From Trichoplax adhaerens (lineage: Eukaryota; Animalia; Placozoa): 64,000 bases of DNA. Positions 62,023 through 64,000 of this stretch are shown piece by piece. A program made the position numbers and the translations under genes. The stretch lies in contig NW_002060970.1 of the NCBI RefSeq assembly GCF_000150275.1, positions 84,197 through 148,196 of the forward strand. The letters are read 5' to 3'. Position 1 is the stretch's first letter. Every line of letters starts with the position of its first letter. The notes beneath the pieces are model-generated. The model was not told where the DNA came from. It saw nothing but the letters and a program-made list of their open reading frames with translations, and did no database searches.

Positions 62023-62573
62023 TGTGATATATACCGATCACGAAATTCCAAATTTTAGAAAAATAAGGGCTTTATTGAATCTTATACAAAGATTAACTGC
62101 ACACAGCTCTACTCTAGCCGAATACTACTTCTAAAGACTTCTAGAACGAACTAACAGAATAATCTAAAGTTGCATGCTTTTATACTTTTCGTAGTATTCG
62201 CAGCTACAATCTGCATGGCAACCTTTTACCTTATATTACACATAGTTAAATTATTCTTAGTAAGACTATTCTACTGCGGACCATCATTAATCCAATATGG
62301 ATACGACTACAGTACTTACGTAGACATTATTCACACCAGCCAAAGTACAATGAATTAACCATATCCTAATGTCTGATTTACAGTTCTATTTTTACCTATA
62401 ACCTTATTAGTAACTCAACATCTTACTGTATATAGTCATCTGTACTCTAGCATAGAGTCTCTACCACTACAGTCTATAGTTATAGCTACCAAATATCTCT
62501 TAGGATAAATATCTACCGTATATTATACTAAACATGGCTAACAGTCTACAATCACAATACTAGTTACATTACA
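62023..62573 (-). mobile_element. Solo-LTR-like element, family D, inverted
   Basis: Reverse complement aligns with 42134-42697; TGT...ACA, TSD ACGGT/ACAGT. Confidence 0.88.
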
Positions 62574-62690
62574 ACAGTATTTATTATGTGAGTGATCAAC
62601 TAACTTACGAGCTACTTAGTCACTCCAACTAACTACGGAGAGATACTGTAAGTAAGACTAACAACTTCCTCACATGTATAATAAGCGGCT

Positions 62691-63247
62691 TGTTGTAAGA
62701 TTAGCTTTATGAGTTTTTACTTCTATTCAAACAACGAAAGTATAGTACCTTGTCGTGCACTAGAGAAGTATCAACTTGTAATTTTAGTGGTTAGCAGTTG
62801 ATACCCTAATTTAGGATTGCATAGTCTAAAATAGTAATTGCCAACTAGCTAAACTGGATTATATTTATCGCCTCCGAGATGTTAAGGTTCGAAGTACAAC
62901 TCCTATGTTTAGAGGAAATATCTTAGTACGATAGATTTATATGTATCTGTTAAACTATTAATAAGCATTGATTATTTTAATACTGTTACAGTAAATTTAA
63001 TAGGATTAGACTGTATCTAATCTGTACGGATAGAATCTCTTTCGGGTATTAATTTGGTTAATCTCTAATGGACGAGGTGACTTGTATAGCTAAACCGGTT
63101 TTAGGTTTGAAACCTATATAAACGAAGAGTTCGCCGACAATAAATTAGATTCTGATTTTCTAGTAAGTCTGGAAGGTCTCCCTGTATTAAACCCTATCTG
63201 ACTTAAAGTACCAATTGTCTGGTATTCCAAAATTAATAGAATTTTAC
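62691..63247 (+). mobile_element. Possible further LTR-like element
   Basis: Starts TGTTGTAA, has TATATAAA at about 63115 and AATAAA at about 63139, flanks CGGCT/CGGTT. The 3' end lacks the terminal CA. Confidence 0.35.
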
Positions 63248-64000
63248 CGGTTATCTAGAATGTAATATCAAGCAAATTATTAGCAGTCACCTTTGAAGTT
63301 CTGTCGGGAAAATCCTCTTGGAAGCTTAAGAAGCTAAGCAATATGCGGATATTAGATGTAAAAATCAAACGATAGATTGGAATGAGTACATGGTATATTT
63401 GCTTGCGAACGATAGCAGAGGATTTAATTAATTTTACTGATACTTATATATTGAATATATTTTAATATAGCAGTTGATATCTTCATGCAATTTTCGGTAT
63501 GGTTAAAACAGTAAGGAAATTTCGGTAAAACTTAAGCGTTTTTATTTCTATTGCTTACATCACATCAGCCATGTTTATTGACTGCAAAATATTAATACTA
63601 AAGAATATTTAATTTACAATAATATTTATACCGAGCTAAAGACATGTACAAATATTTTGATGATATAGTATATGAACTCAATACTATAGAACAACGGACT
63701 GTAGTAACTACATGTACAGCATAAACTTACATTTTGACGATATAATAGCTCAGTATGGCACAAAGTAAATGGCTACGGTGATTAATATAGACATAACAAT
63801 TAGGTGCTGTGCTCAAAATCGTAGTAAGTTTAACGTGTATTTACAGTTATTAAAGTTACTTATAGACGTAATAGCCAATTTTCGAGATGTTATTACAAAA
63901 AAATTGATTTATTATAAATTCATTATACACTAGTCCCGTCTTAACCGAAATAGATACATTATCTAGGTAACTTTATAGTAATATCAAGTCCATAGTTTTT

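Overview
AT-rich eukaryotic DNA (about one-third GC by eye) with many short GT-AG introns. Gene content, intron size and composition suggest an early-branching animal such as a placozoan; this is inference only. Seven spliced genes can be rebuilt by hand. Two are tandem adhesion GPCR paralogues: A, 5'-truncated by the window, and B, complete, with signal peptide, C-type lectin, mucin stalk, GAIN/GPS and 7TM. The others are an evectin/PLEKHB-like PH protein with an unusual His-rich tail, an FGD5/6-like Cdc42 GEF, ABITRAM/Simiate, an intron-containing LONELY GUY (LOG) phosphoribohydrolase unexpected in an animal, and a divergent rhodopsin-class GPCR. About 14 TG...CA-ended elements of 0.3-0.95 kb, mostly flanked by 5-bp target-site duplications, cover about 7.8 kb (about 12%). 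None has internal coding sequence, and several families share a covarying 5'-terminal hairpin and a conserved motif downstream of the TATA box. (CAGTA/TACTG)n arrays lie just upstream of the conserved single-copy genes. No tRNA, rRNA or CRISPR array was seen.
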